The translations under genes were made by a program, and so were the position numbers. Below the pieces are notes generated by a model, which was not told the origin of the DNA, searched no databases, and saw nothing but the letters and a program-made list of their open reading frames with translations. From Lama guanicoe (taxonomy: Eukaryota), in contig MU054391.1 in assembly GCA_013239625.1 (NCBI GenBank), forward strand, positions 1,302,001 to 1,366,000: a DNA stretch of 64,000 nt, read 5' to 3'. Shown here in pieces: positions 1 through 10,990 of this stretch (positions are counted from its first letter, which is position 1; the number at the start of each line of letters is the position of its first letter).

Positions 1-250
1 TTCCCCTCCTTAGAGAAGCACTGAGCTCCTTGACTTGAGCTCTCTGGCTCTAATTAGCAGCCGTCTTTTGCTGTTCTCACTACCTGGTCTTTGCGGCAAA
101 AACGCCTGTGTGTCCTGGCTCCTCCCCTGCCTCTTCAGAGCTGTCCCTCGGAGCTACCCGAGAGCCTGTCTCCCGGGCCTAAGTCCCCAGAAAGTCTGCC
201 CAGTAAAACCAATGCTCAGCTTTTAGGTTGTGCGTGTTTTTAGTGAATGA
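1..250 (+). mobile_element. 3' part of an ERV1-class LTR (cut by the window edge), near-identical to 42762-43010
   Basis: Bases 1-180 match 42762-42941 exactly. Similarity continues, with a few substitutions and short indels, to the end of the second LTR (CAGTCAACA at 43010) and stops there. Confidence 0.8.
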
Positions 251-329
251 GACGGTGGGGCTGCGGCCGCCACGTCACCGAGCAGCCAGCACACTGGCCT
301 GTGGCCCTGGACCCCTCCTCACCAGCCCT

Positions 330-735
330 CAGGCTCATGAGCTTTGGGGGAAAATGTGAGAAAACACAAACAAAGAAAGGAAATGAAACCAGGGACCTCT
401 CGTGTCGCCAAGACCGCCCAGACCTCGTGGGAGACCCCGCTCCGATGCGTGTGTCACCTCGATGAAGACGTGGAGAGGGAGGTGGCCCCGGGGAAGGGGG
501 AGGCAGTCCAGGGGAGTGATGGCGTTTCAGGAACAGAGAACGAAAACCCAGGTTCTGATGGAACTAAGACCTTAATGATAGAAAATGAAGAATCATGAAA
601 CAGTGGGAAAAGGACGGACTAACTCCACCAACCGCACCGAGAGAATCATCTAAACGGGAAAAACTCCAAGTACAGTTTGTCTCACCTTGTGAGGAAAAAG
701 TAAGCGGAACAAGGTAAAATCAAAATGAAACGCTG
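330..735 (+). mobile_element. Old LINE-1 (L1ME-like) ORF2 fragment
   Basis: A-rich degenerate match to recalled L1 ORF2 (ggaacagagaac...aaaacagtgggaaaaggacggact versus ggaacagaatag...aaatcagtggggaaaggatggact). Confidence 0.5.
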
Positions 736-784
736 AGGCGTGCGAGCAGTGCCCCGGGCACCCTAAGCAGCCTGTGGCCCGCAG

Positions 785-995
785 AGCGAGGTGAGGGGTG
801 GGGCCCTGGGGTCGGACGGACGGGGTCAGTCCCAGGACCTGTCGTACGTGACACTCAGCTGCCTCAGACTTGGGTTTTCTCGCACATAAAAAGAAGAGGA
901 GAGGCGTCCTGAAGACGAGATAGAACACTGCGTGTGAATCGCGCAGCGTGCAGCCGGCGGGTGCTGAGCACCCGCTTAACGCCAGCGATTTTTAC
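785..995 (+). mobile_element. MIR SINE, heavily GC-shifted
   Basis: Colinear degenerate match to MIR (ccctggggtcggacggacggggtcagtccc...gggttttctcgcacataaaa...gcttaacgccagcgatttt). Confidence 0.5.
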
Positions 996-1034
996 TGCTA
1001 TAATTGTACGTATTGTATAAAAATTTCAGCAGCC

Positions 1035-1119
1035 ATGAGGAGAGGCTTCCCCTCTCCCAGACAGCGCTCAGGCCTTCAGAACATGCCATTTCTCCGTGGC
1101 CATTGTGTTACACGGTCGA
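1035..1119 (+). CDS. Candidate coding exon 1 (MRRGFPSPRQRSGLQNMPFLRGHCVTRS), phase 1 out
   Basis: Acceptor atttcag ends at 1029, GCAGCCATGA start context at 1035, donor CGA|gtgagc at 1119/1120. Confidence 0.25.
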
Positions 1120-1379
1120 GTGAGCTTCTCCGAACCCGGCACCCCCGACCCCCACTGTGGGGCCACTGACTCCAAAGGCAGCCTTGACAAACGGTCCCAC
1201 CGGGGGCCCTCGTGGTGAAGTGTCAGGTCCTGAGCTCTGCGTCCCAGCCCGGGATCTGGTGTGGACGTAGGTCGTCCTCAGACATGGCTCGGTTAAGAGG
1301 GACCAGGAGGAGGGGAAGGGGATTAGGGAGCCCACGGTCGGCCCTGCTCTGTGATCCACAGACAAGATGCTGCTTCGTC

Positions 1380-1525
1380 TCCATGACAACACAGCCAGGA
1401 AGGCATTGTGATGGCCACCTGACAGACGAGGAGGCCAAGGGTAAGGAGGGAACCCACGCCGGGTCAGAGCTGAGGGTCAATGCAGAGGGTCTGCCTGGCC
1501 CCGGCCCAGCCTGTTCACCTCCGCC
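1380..1525 (-). mobile_element. MIR SINE fragment
   Basis: tgacagacgaggaggccaagg resembles the MIR core ttacagatgaggaaactgagg, with colinear flanks. Confidence 0.5.
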
Positions 1526-1937
1526 GGTGCACGGAGCCACTGGCCCCACCACGCCCAGAGCCGGGGAGAAGCCGGCGGCTCGCAGGGCCTGGGGCCCCGG
1601 GCAGACCCCGTGCTGCTTTTTCACGAGTTCTGGGAGAAGCTCAGGTGCCAGGGAGGCGGCAGTGAAAAAACTCAGCGTGGCCAGGGTCATGGAGACTCCC
1701 TTTTTAAGGAGATTTTTAGAAAAAAGAAAAGCTACGTTTCTTTTAAGGAAAAAAAAAAACCTGTACAGTGCATGCAGTCCGCATTAGAAAACAAACGCTC
1801 TTCTGACGCAAGGCGAGGGAGCAACCGGACAGCCGGGGCTTCGGTGATGTTAAGCCGTCCCGTACCCCAGCTCTCTCGTGGGCAGAAAACGAAGACGCAG
1901 CTGAGATGGTCCCCAGGCTCTATGCCTCGATTCTCAG

Positions 1938-1974
1938 ATGAATTTGAAAATGAAATAAGTCGAAGCCACCCGCG
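1938..1974 (+). CDS. Candidate coding exon (xEFENEISRSHPx), phase 1 to 2
   Basis: Acceptor gattctcag ends at 1937, donor GCG|gtgagg. Only the phase-1 frame is open. Confidence 0.3.
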
Positions 1975-2499
1975 GTGAGGGTGAGCTCGCTAACCGCCAC
2001 CCCCCGCCCCGCGCCTTATCACTCGGTGTCGGGTCCCTCCTGTCAGAGGCCGGAGCCTGCGGGTAGTGTGTGAGCAGGAGGCCCCTGCCTGGCCCGCTAT
2101 CCTGACGCTCCGAGAGGAGACAGCCCGCAGCCCAGGACGAAGGGCGGCTGCCTGGGGAGGGGCGGCTGCGAGACCAGCGTCTAAGCCCCCGACAGAAGGA
2201 CCGCACCTCCCACAGACTGGAACGCCCGCCGGAGGGGCCGGCAGGGCGCTGGCGGAGCAGGGGCGGCTCCTGCCTCGGCCCCAAAGCGTGACCGGGCCCT
2301 GGGCTGCTTCTCCAGTTCCATCTGCCGGAGCTCCGCTGAGCAGCTCCGTGTCGTGCTGGGGCCACTTATCAGCCTCCCCGCCGGGGTGATCGCACCCCGG
2401 GCGCCTGAGCTCCCCCGGCTGGCCCGCCCCGCCGGCACAGTCGTCCCGCGGGGATGACCTTATTTAGGTGATAGAATCTTGTGACTTACACGGCTGCAG

Positions 2500-2609
2500 G
2501 ATGGCCCATCTGAACAGCACAGATAACATGTTCCCTGTCACCTACACCGTGGACCAGTTTTCCACCTCACGTTTTTTCACATCAGGAGTAAAGGAAAAAG
2601 GGGGAGACG
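2500..2609 (+). CDS. Candidate coding exon (MAHLNSTDNMFPVTYTVDQFSTSRFFTSGVKEKGGD), phase 2 to 1
   Basis: Acceptor ggctgcag ends at 2499, donor ACG|gtatga. Phases match both neighbours and the island is AT-richer than its flanks. Confidence 0.35.
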
Positions 2610-3704
2610 GTATGAGAGCTCGGTGTAAGCGGCGGGGGAGGGTCTGCCTACTAGGGGGCAGTGCTGGCTGGCGGCGGGCATGAAGACGTGCAGGAGGGGC
2701 CGGCCCGGCCCACAGGAGGTCATGGTCTGGGGAGCAGAGCAAAGCTCAGGGCACAACCAGCAGCATCAGGGCAGGAGACAGGCAAGGAGCAACACGGAAT
2801 TTGGGGGAAGGTGAGAAAAACCAGTGCAGCCAGAGAGTAAGACCCTCGCTGGCTGAGAACCGGCTAAGGAGTCACACAGCTGCCACTGAACTTGCCCCCG
2901 AGGCTCACCCCCGGGAGCTCACACCCGTCCACCACCAGTGAGTGAGAAACACGCCCCATGTCTGCAGACGTCTGAGGGAAGTCTGCTTGAGAGAGACGCT
3001 GGGAAACCACGCCCAGATCCAGTGACCCCCTCCCAGGCTGCTCACCTGCCGTCCTGCGACTAACGGCCCGGACAGCGTCCTGCAGGCCGACAGGTGGAAT
3101 CACAAGTCAGCACTTGGACTGGCGGCCGTGGAAGCAACGAGCAACTTCACCTTCTGACTGCAGACCCGGCGCTGTCGAAATTGCAAGAACTCCTGTGGTC
3201 TCTGTGCTGACACCTGCTCACCAGCAAGGACTTGGGTGGGGGGGAGTTGAAGGGACTTGGGCAGTGATTTGAAAGAACCCATGGAGGGGGCATGCGGGTG
3301 AGGGGACGAGGGGCACCAGGGGGCCGGGGGACCAAGGGAATAGCACGTTTCCACCCAGGAGCACAGCTGGCTGAAGCCCCCCTGCCCCGCTTGGCCTCCA
3401 AGATGCTCCTCTTCATACTAGGGACCCCCTTCCATCTTTCCAGGCCACCCCAATTCTACAGGGAGGCTGAGCTCAGCGAGGCCCGTGTCCCCCGTGGGGC
3501 GGCCCTGAGAGAACACGGACCACAGCAGGCAGAGCGCGGGGCCCCTCTTCACGCCCAGAAACCCCCCTTGGTCTCCCAGCAGTAGCCGCGGAAAGCCTGC
3601 CGTCCCCTTAGCCCACATTAGAACAGGTCGTAGGCACGTGGTTTGCTGGAGCCATGACCGGCAGGGACAGGCTCACCTCTCATCCGTCATTAGTTCTTCT
3701 CCAG

Positions 3705-3794
3705 ACGCACAGACACTTAGCGTCCCAGGGCCTCCCCGCGTGACCATGATCACACTTAAATTCCTTACCTTTTTCACAACCAAGAAGAGTGAAG
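3705..3794 (+). CDS. Candidate symmetric phase-1 coding exon (xAQTLSVPGPPRVTMITLKFLTFFTTKKSEx)
   Basis: Strong acceptor gttcttctccag and strong donor GAAG|gtaagc; 90 bp with an open frame. Confidence 0.45.
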
Positions 3795-4149
3795 GTAAGC
3801 TACACTGTTGTGTAGCCAGCATTCACTCTCTGTCCCCCCTCCCCTCATGCTGCGCCCAAGCAGGGGTCTGAGCCCTCCTGTGCGGCCTCCACCGCGGGGA
3901 GAGCACGTGGCGCCGACCCACGGAGCCTGGAACCTTCCACAGACCCCACGTGGCGGCGGGCCCCACGCTGCAGCCTCTCGGGTCTGAGCCTCGCTCCACA
4001 GCGGAAGCTGGCGGATCAGACAGGGGAGAGGGCACCGTGCGCAGGGGTGTCCCCACAGTCTCTCCCAGACCAATCATAACGCCGGCACACCCGAGGGCCC
4101 TCCCGAGAGAGGACCCGGTGGGCAGGTGCAAACCGCGTGCACATCACAG

Positions 4150-4328
4150 GCTTTGAAACAATTAGAAAAAACAGTGACAATAATGCCTGCGTTTTGCTAA
4201 ATGGGATGGAGAGGAGAAACTCTGAGGCCAAAGCCGAGGACATTGACATCTCAGTGTCCTCTTTACATCTGGACCTACCGCATGGGCAGTTCCCAACGGA
4301 AAATAGAAAACACGCGTCTGTACCTGAG
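4150..4328 (+). CDS. Candidate coding exon (xFETIRKNSDNNACVLLNGMERRNSEAKAEDIDISVSSLHLDLPHGQFPTENRKHASVPE), phase 1 to 0
   Basis: Weak acceptor catcacag and donor GAG|gtgacc. A 179-bp AT-richer stretch stays open in the frame required by the previous exon. Confidence 0.4.
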
Positions 4329-4606
4329 GTGACCGCCCGGCCCCCTCACCCCCGCTGGGCCCGCCCTCCAGAGCTCTGCTCTGCATCCGCTCCGTCCGGC
4401 TGCGGCCATCGGCCTGGTGCTTGGGCCTGACCCTGTCCCGAGGGCCTGAGGGGGACCAGCGTCCCTGAAGGGCTCCGCTGCCCAGAACCCCACAGCTGTA
4501 ATCGCGGGGGGGGCCTCAAACCAGAGAAGGGCCCACAGCAGACTCAGAAATTACCACAGAAACTGCAACGAAAAGGCAGACAAACATCAGAATCTCCACT
4601 TTGGGG

Positions 4607-4802
4607 AACAAACTACTGCGTACAGAACAGATTAAACCAGGCCCCGCTGTTTAGCACGGAGAACTACACTCAGTGGCTCGGGAACCTGTGATGAAAAAGA
4701 ACATGTATGTGTATGCAGGCTGCGTCCCTGTGTTTTGCACCAGGACCTAACACAACACTGCAAATCGAAAAAATGCAAAACTCTCAAAAAAACACTAAAA
4801 AA
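4607..4802 (+). mobile_element. 5'-truncated LINE-1 3' end with target-site duplication
   Basis: Homologous to the L1 3' UTR at about 39910-40120 and ends in an A-rich tail. Flanked by agaatctccactttgggg (4589-4606) and agaatttccacttttgggg (4803-4821). Confidence 0.8.
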
Positions 4803-4933
4803 AGAATTTCCACTTTTGGGGGCGAGGGAGGGAGTAACGTTCAGAGCAAGTTCAGTGCACGGAGGGCACCACGTGCAAAACGGGATAAATCGATGGTGTG
4901 AAGACCGTACGGACAGGAGATTGTGGTTCACAG

Positions 4934-5057
4934 TCTAACTCTGAAGACAGAGAAAATGTACGATCATGCCAGATTGTTGCTGATAAAAACGCAATGCTTG
5001 AAGTAGCTCACATGTTCAGCTGGGGGAGTGTATTTGCCCAAAGGATGTTCTTCCTCG
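4934..5057 (+). CDS. Candidate coding exon (SNSEDRENVRSCQIVADKNAMLEVAHMFSWGSVFAQRMFFLx), phase 0 to 1
   Basis: Acceptor ggttcacag ends at 4933; the in-phase donor TCG|gtgaca is at 5057. A stronger donor TTG|gtaagg at 5067 is out of phase by one base. Confidence 0.3.
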
Positions 5058-5283
5058 GTGACACTTGGTAAGGACGGTGTCCCCGCCACAAGAAGGCTCT
5101 TCGAAGGGAGCCTCTGGTCTGGGGGAAGGGTGGTGGGAGGGCTCCCATCCAGGCATTTAATGGACTACAAACGTTTCCAGTCTCACCAAGACTTCCCTCC
5201 TCTCACTTCCTTCCTCCTTTCCTGCTCCTGGAGGCATCCCCGCTTCCCAGAAGGACCTCACCGCTCCTCCAGGCTGTCAGCTT

Positions 5284-5489
5284 AGGCTGCTCCCCGCCCC
5301 GCCCCCGGCTGACACGCTGGGGCAGGTGACTCGTGTGGGGGCCATCTTGTGCATCACGAGGTGTTTAACAGCGTCCCGAGCCCCGCCCCACTACAGGACA
5401 GTAGCGTCCCCCAAACCTGACCACCAAACACCCCTTTAGACATAACCAAGCATCCCCAGCAGCACACAGTCACTCCTGGCTGAGAACCA
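5284..5489 (-). mobile_element. MER20-like hAT-Charlie DNA transposon fossil
   Basis: Colinear with recalled MER20 (gtgcatcacgaggtgtttaacagcgtccc...cagtagcgtcccc...ctggctgagaacca). Confidence 0.75.
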
Positions 5490-6279
5490 AACGCATTCCA
5501 AGCCTAGCAGCAGCTTATTGAGCTGGCTTACGGCCGGTTCCATGCACCTTGGCGGGTCAGGAGCCTGGATGGAAGCTCTCAGGGCAGGCTGCCAACAGCA
5601 CAGTTTTCTAGACTCTTCCCCAGACCCAGTTTGCTGATCCCTGGAAGCAGGTTTGTGAGCAGCTCAACAGCGTTCTGTCAAATCCAGGGCCCTTCTGCCC
5701 CTCAGGGGTGCAGCCTGTCCCCAGGACGCTCTCCTGGCCGTGGCAGGAAGCCCACAACAGTCTAGGTGCCTCTGTCAGTGAAGCATCCGGAAAGTGAAAG
5801 GGGCACTAGGACCCAGCATCTTCTCAGACCTCCAGGGAAAATCCTCCCCACGTCTCGCAGCCCCCACCCCTTGGGCCTTTGCTGCAAACCTGGGTCTAAA
5901 ACCCCCTCTGGCAAAGGGAAGGAACCCCCTGGCTGCATTAGGCCACCAACGTTCACCCCTGGGGCTGGGGAGGGAGGGAGCCCTTCCCAGAGGGCGGTGC
6001 CAACCCGGACTTGCATTAAATCAGAACGAGGGTAGACAGACTTGACTTAAGACTTTTTTCAAAAACAAAAAATCTCACTAGCAAACCCCCGTAGACGGTA
6101 TTGCTCTGGACAAGGATTCGTTTCTTAAAAACAATAGGGAAAAAACAGAACTGCTGAGATGTGGGTGCAAACACAAGAAACAGGGAGACGGAGCAGAAAC
6201 ACTGGGAGCTCCGCTCTGCCTCCAGAAGACGTGGCGGCCGGAGTCCCAGCACGGGAGACGCACTGACTCCAGCTCACAG

Positions 6280-6354
6280 AGAGATGTGATGAAAACAAGT
6301 CATTTCCTGAGTCGACTTTAATTAGGAGAGGAAGAGGAAAGCATGAGTCCGCTG
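6280..6354 (+). CDS. Candidate symmetric phase-1 coding exon (xRCDENKSFPESTLIRRGRGKHESAx)
   Basis: Branch-like actgac, acceptor ctcacag ends at 6279, donor CTG|gtacat; 75 bp and open. Confidence 0.35.
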
Positions 6355-7100
6355 GTACATTGTACACAGTCTGCGCCCAGGGACGCCCAGGACGTTGGAT
6401 GCTGAGGGCCTGGGGGACGTCAGGGGGAAGAGAAATTGGTGCTCTTTGAGAACGTGAGCTCTTTGACCTGGTGCTCAAAGGTGACCTCACACGCGGGTTG
6501 CTGTTTGTCTAGACGCACAGCCCGTGAGGTCATACCGCCCCTGTCTGCCAAGCACCACGTCCGGTTGCACACGCCCACCCTGACCTAGAAGCCAGATCCA
6601 CTGGCCCACTTCACTGTCAAACTTCACAAGCGTCCCAGACAGCAAGAGGACTCTGAGTTTCCCCTCCCTGCTCTTTACTCCTTCTGGGGTGCAGTTGACT
6701 GAGGATTGTAATGAAAACATCCTAACATGATGGACCTGGAGGAGGCCCAGGCCCTTGGCTGGAGTGGGGAGCCCAGCAAGGGAAGGGCCACATGGCAGGG
6801 GCTCTGCTTAGACCAGGCACGAGGGATGGAGAGGCTGGGGCAGGTGTTGCTGGACTCCCAGATAAGCTCCGTGCACACGGCGTGGATTGTGGATTCTCAC
6901 CTGGGAGCTGCCCTCCCCAAAACTGACCAGCCGCATCATGTGTCACCACTTGTCCCCTTCCTTTGTTGTGTTTTGTCATGTAATATGCTGATTGGACTCA
7001 ACAACAGCTGATTTAGGATGAAAACAGGCTTGTATTTTCCAATGAAATAATATGAGTTTGGACACTGAGCATCTGATCAGAATTCCTTGTAAATATTCAG

Positions 7101-7240
7101 ATCGAGTGCCTGGGGACCAAGGAGACCCGGCTCGTCGTAATCGGTCAAGGAAAATGCGTGACTTACAACGTACATCTCGGCTGGAGCTCCATGGGCCTCA
7201 GAGTCTTAAAAGGCCTCGCGATGAACCTGACTTAGAGCAG
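7101..7240 (+). CDS. Candidate coding exon (xRVPGDQGDPARRNRSRKMRDLQRTSRLELHGPQSLKRPRDEPDLEQ), phase 1 to 0
   Basis: Acceptor aatattcag ends at 7100 and donor CAG|gtagtg; open in the phase-1 frame. Confidence 0.4.
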
Positions 7241-8719
7241 GTAGTGTCCGCGGGTGCTGCCTGACGGCCAGAGACAGAAGTGCCAGCCGGCGGAGGGCGA
7301 GTGCGAACCCGGCCCGTCATGGCTGGGTGGTAATTTCCAGACGCAGTGCAGCTCAGGACGTGGAGGTGAACAAAGTCGCCGGCAAGGCCCCTGTCCGATC
7401 ACTCCCCCTTTGCTGAGTGTCAGGAGGGCTGCTCGCCGTGGACCTGCCATCCCGCCTCGCGAGGAAGCTCGGGGCAGCGACAGGATGCAGCGGCCCCATC
7501 CATGGTGCAGAGGGGTCCAAGTCATAAGTGCAAGAGCGACAGGTCTGACTGGGACTGCCCCCAGCAGCTGAAGGAGGAAGACCTGTGGCGCCGCCATCCC
7601 ATGTGAGGACGGCTGAGGGGTCCGCCGCCCCCTATCTGAGGTGCATGTGCAGACCGCAGGGTCCGGGAGGAGCGCAGGGGTTGGGAGGAGGGGTCTGAGA
7701 GGGGAGGGAAGTGTGGCTGCTGTCTCAGGCGTAAAGGGGACCTGGGGAGGGGGCTCTTAGGGGCTGTGACTGCAGGGCTGGAAGTGGACTTCGTTCCAGG
7801 GGTGCAACCTTGAACCTGGAGACAACAGAACCCTCTCCTCGGCCTCACCCTCCCACTGGGCCGTGTTCTCTCTCCTCCGGTGTTCCTCCCAGCGCCGCTC
7901 CCCCCCCACCATAAAGCATCCATCACCTTCTCTCCATGGGGCTCCAGAAACAGCCTTTGCCAGCGTCCCCAGGTCCCAGCGTCTCCCCTTTTCATCCGTT
8001 CTATAGAACTGCCACTCACTTAAAATGCGTATCACCACTCACTTTCCCAAACTCTGCAATCACTTCCAGTGGCCTAAAATAAACGTCGGCCGCCAGTCCA
8101 GGCTCACAGGAAAGTCCTCCGACACCATGACACCCTGCGACCCCGGCCCCGCCCACCCCTGCATCCCCACCAGGCAGGCCCACAGCCGCGCCTCTCTGGG
8201 CTCTGGGTCCTCGTCAGTAAGTCTGCAGTCCGTGTTTACACCTTTGCCTGCTTGGTGACCCCACACTCAGTCCTCGTGGCGCCAACGTGGTCCCTCCCGG
8301 ACAGCGCAGAGCAGCGGAAAACACGCATGCCCCCACGCACACATCCCAGCTCGGCTGGAGCAGAACCACGCTCCGCCTCCTCCGTCCAGCTCACGCGCAG
8401 GCAGGAGTCCTCTCCGTGGTCTGTTCAGTGTCGCGGTCTTCACGGCTTTGTGATCCTGCTGGTGATGGTGCTTCTAAAACAAGTGCCACGCCGCAGGGCA
8501 GTCTGGTGACCTGAGCACAAGAAGGCTGCGACTTGGAGCAGCTCAGGGAAGCTTCAGTCAGGCACGACCCCACGCTGTCGGCCCTGAGCCCAGTGTTCAC
8601 GCACCGACGGGACAGGTGGGGGGGGGATGTGCTGTTTCAAGGCCACGTCCTTGGCGAGTGGTGCAGGTGGGTTTGGCCTAAAGCACGTGTGTCTGCAGGA
8701 CACGTGCTCTTCCCAGGCC

Positions 8720-8790
8720 CCGGCCACAGACCCACAAACCTAGAATATTTACTGTCTGGCCCTTTATTGAAAAAGTTTGCAGATTTCTTG
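8720..8790. mobile_element. MER58-like hAT-Charlie terminal fragment
   Basis: aaacctagaatatttactgtctggccctttattgaaaaagtttgcaga matches the recalled MER58A end. Confidence 0.75.
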
Positions 8791-9190
8791 AGATGATTAA
8801 TTTCTCTGGCAACTTGACTGAGCCAAAGGTATCCAGATCTTTGGTCAAGCAGTATTCTGGCTGTTTCTCCAAGGGTGTTTTTGGATGACGTTAACATTTA
8901 AATGAATAGACTGAATAAGACAGACTGCTCTCCCCAGTGTGGGTGGGCCTCGTCCAATCAGGAGGAGACCCCAATAGAAGGGCGATCTGACCTTCCCCTG
9001 AGGAAGAGAGACTTCTCCAGCAGAAGCGCCTGGACCCCGCCTGCGGCATCAGCTCCCCGCCTGCGGCATCAGCTCCCCGGGGCCTTCAGCCCCCGGCCCG
9101 CCCTGCAGCCTGGATGCACCAGCCGCTACGACTGTGTGAGCCAGTTCCTTAGACACGTACTTGATGGGTTCAGCTCCTCCAGAGGACTCT
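8791..9190 (+). mobile_element. MLT2-family (ERVL) solo LTR
   Basis: gatgattaatttctctggcaacttgactgagcc...gtgtttttggatgacgttaacatttaaat...gtgggtgggcctcgtccaatcag...tgtgagccagttcctta is typical of MLT2. Confidence 0.85.
9035..9079. repeat. Perfect 20-bp tandem duplication (ccccgcctgcggcatcagct x2.25) inside MLT2
   Basis: Directly visible at 9035-9054, 9055-9074 and 9075-9079. Confidence 0.95.
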
Positions 9191-10490
9191 GTTCTCAGTT
9201 TATCACCCGCAGGGATAGTTCAAGACGTCTGAACGCAGCCCTGAGCTCGTCATGAAGAACTTCTTTCCGGGCGGCTTGAGGAGACACCGGCTGGGCCAGG
9301 GCCGTCCCGGAGGGCAGGGCCCCCACGGGCTGCACGCACGGGCCATGGGGGGGCTCCTGGCTGCCCCCTCCTGACCTACGTAACAAGGACAACGGGCCCC
9401 CTCAGACCCCCCTCCCTCTCTCCCTTAAACGTTCTTAATTAGCGTGCTTAATTATCACACTAACACTTACCACTTTTTATAAAAATATTTTCGTTTTCAT
9501 CATCTTTTACGATGTTATTCCATTAGTTGTGTTGGAAAGCGCTGAGCCTGAGCTTCAAAGATCAAGGTGCTAGTTTTTGAAGTGCGCGCACTTGATGACA
9601 GGTCTCCTCCGGGCTCAGCACCGCGAAGGGTGGGCACGCCCCGCCGGCTCACACACTCCGTGCGCTTCACACTGCGGCGCCACGTTGCACAGGCCGAGGA
9701 CCAGGTGCGGCGTGGACCTTCCTCCCGCCACCAGCCCACACCTTGGGGCGGCCATGGACGCGCGTGTCTGTATTTCTGTTCATTCAGTTAGTGTCTAGAC
9801 ACTGTTCTTTATCACGTCTCTTCAGCAAAAATCATAAGATTGAGATTTCACTGGAGTCTCCTTCAGAGATCACTTGGCCCCACGGCGTGAAGCTAGGGAC
9901 GACTTAATGAAACAATCAAGCCACCAGAAGCACAACGACTCAAACACAGTGGACACTCATTTCTCACCACGAGAGGAACACAGAAGGCCCACAGGCCGGC
10001 AGAGCAGGGCTGGCAGGGGCCCCAGGCGGGGGTGGCCCTGCCATCCTCCGCAGGCGGCCCTCCAGGTTGCCCAGAACTGTCTCCACGTCGGCGGAAGTGC
10101 GGGGGGCGTGCGTGGACCTCTCCCCAGGCCAGGCCCAGGAGGGCTCGAGCACCTGTGCCCACATCTCATGAACCAGCCTAGGTCAGGTCTCCGCACCTCT
10201 TCGCCAGGGGCGCTGGGACACACCGCCCAGCTGTGCGCCCCGAAGAAGAAAATATGAATTTTGTGACCAGCCAGAAATCTCTGCTCAGCCAGACTGTGTT
10301 GACAAAAGTTTTCCTTTAATCTAATCACAGGTAGAAATGAATGTTTTCACGATGCAGAGAAGAGCTTAATGAATATTCAAACAGCCTTATGAGACAGGTA
10401 AATCAATATTAGTATTTTTGCCGCGGGTAAAGTGGGGGCTGTGAGTACATAAATTAAGGGGCTCCACGGTGCTTTGAGGTGTCACTGCAG

Positions 10491-10548
10491 AAAATAATGA
10501 GACAGAAGCTCCTGGACTGAAGCCACCTGTTTATTCATTCAGACGCAG
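10491..10548 (+). CDS. Candidate exon (xNNETEAPGLKPPVYSFRRx), phase 1 to 2
   Basis: Acceptor cactgcag and consensus donor CAG|gtgagt. Only the phase-1 frame is open. It follows a 93-bp GT-AG segment (10398-10490). Confidence 0.35.
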
Positions 10549-10824
10549 GTGAGTGTCGCCAGCACCTGACACTGACCTACGAGCTGAGGACAGAGAAGCA
10601 GTCCCCACACCACTCCTTACACGGGGGACCTCTGGGGTGGAGCCGACCCGCAGACCAGCGGCGAGCCCCACGCCCTCGGCAACGCCAGGACACGCGGGCA
10701 CCTGGGCGGCACCTGGGAGCGCAGAGCGGGCATCTGATGGGTGAATCTGAGAACCGAGACGCAGACGCAGTGGACAAAGGAAGAGACACTCAAGCCCGCA
10801 TCCCAGTTCTGCTGCTGCGTTTCT

Positions 10825-10990
10825 TCCATCATTCATTCATTCAACAAACATTGACTGTCAGCCTGCAGGTCTTCAGAGGCAAAATCAAGACCTCCATTCT
10901 GTTGTGCCTACGTTCTGAGGGGGAGATACGCAGTAATAACTAAAACAAATAAAGGGGAAGCGGCAGACCGCGGTGTCTCTCAGAGAAGAG
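10825..10990 (-). mobile_element. L2 LINE 3' end
   Basis: cattcattcattcaacaaacattgac is the L2 terminal signature in reverse, followed by colinear L2 sequence. Confidence 0.65.

Noticed and set aside
35-226. Duplicated small ORF MSSLALISSRLLLFS (also 42796-43059) as a paralogous peptide gene
   Set aside because: TTG start, lies inside an LTR, and the two copies change frame relative to each other.
1362-1440. Exon-like segment with a strong AGG|gtaagg donor
   Set aside because: Mostly within a MIR, and it does not fit between the phase-1 junctions on either side (79 bp).
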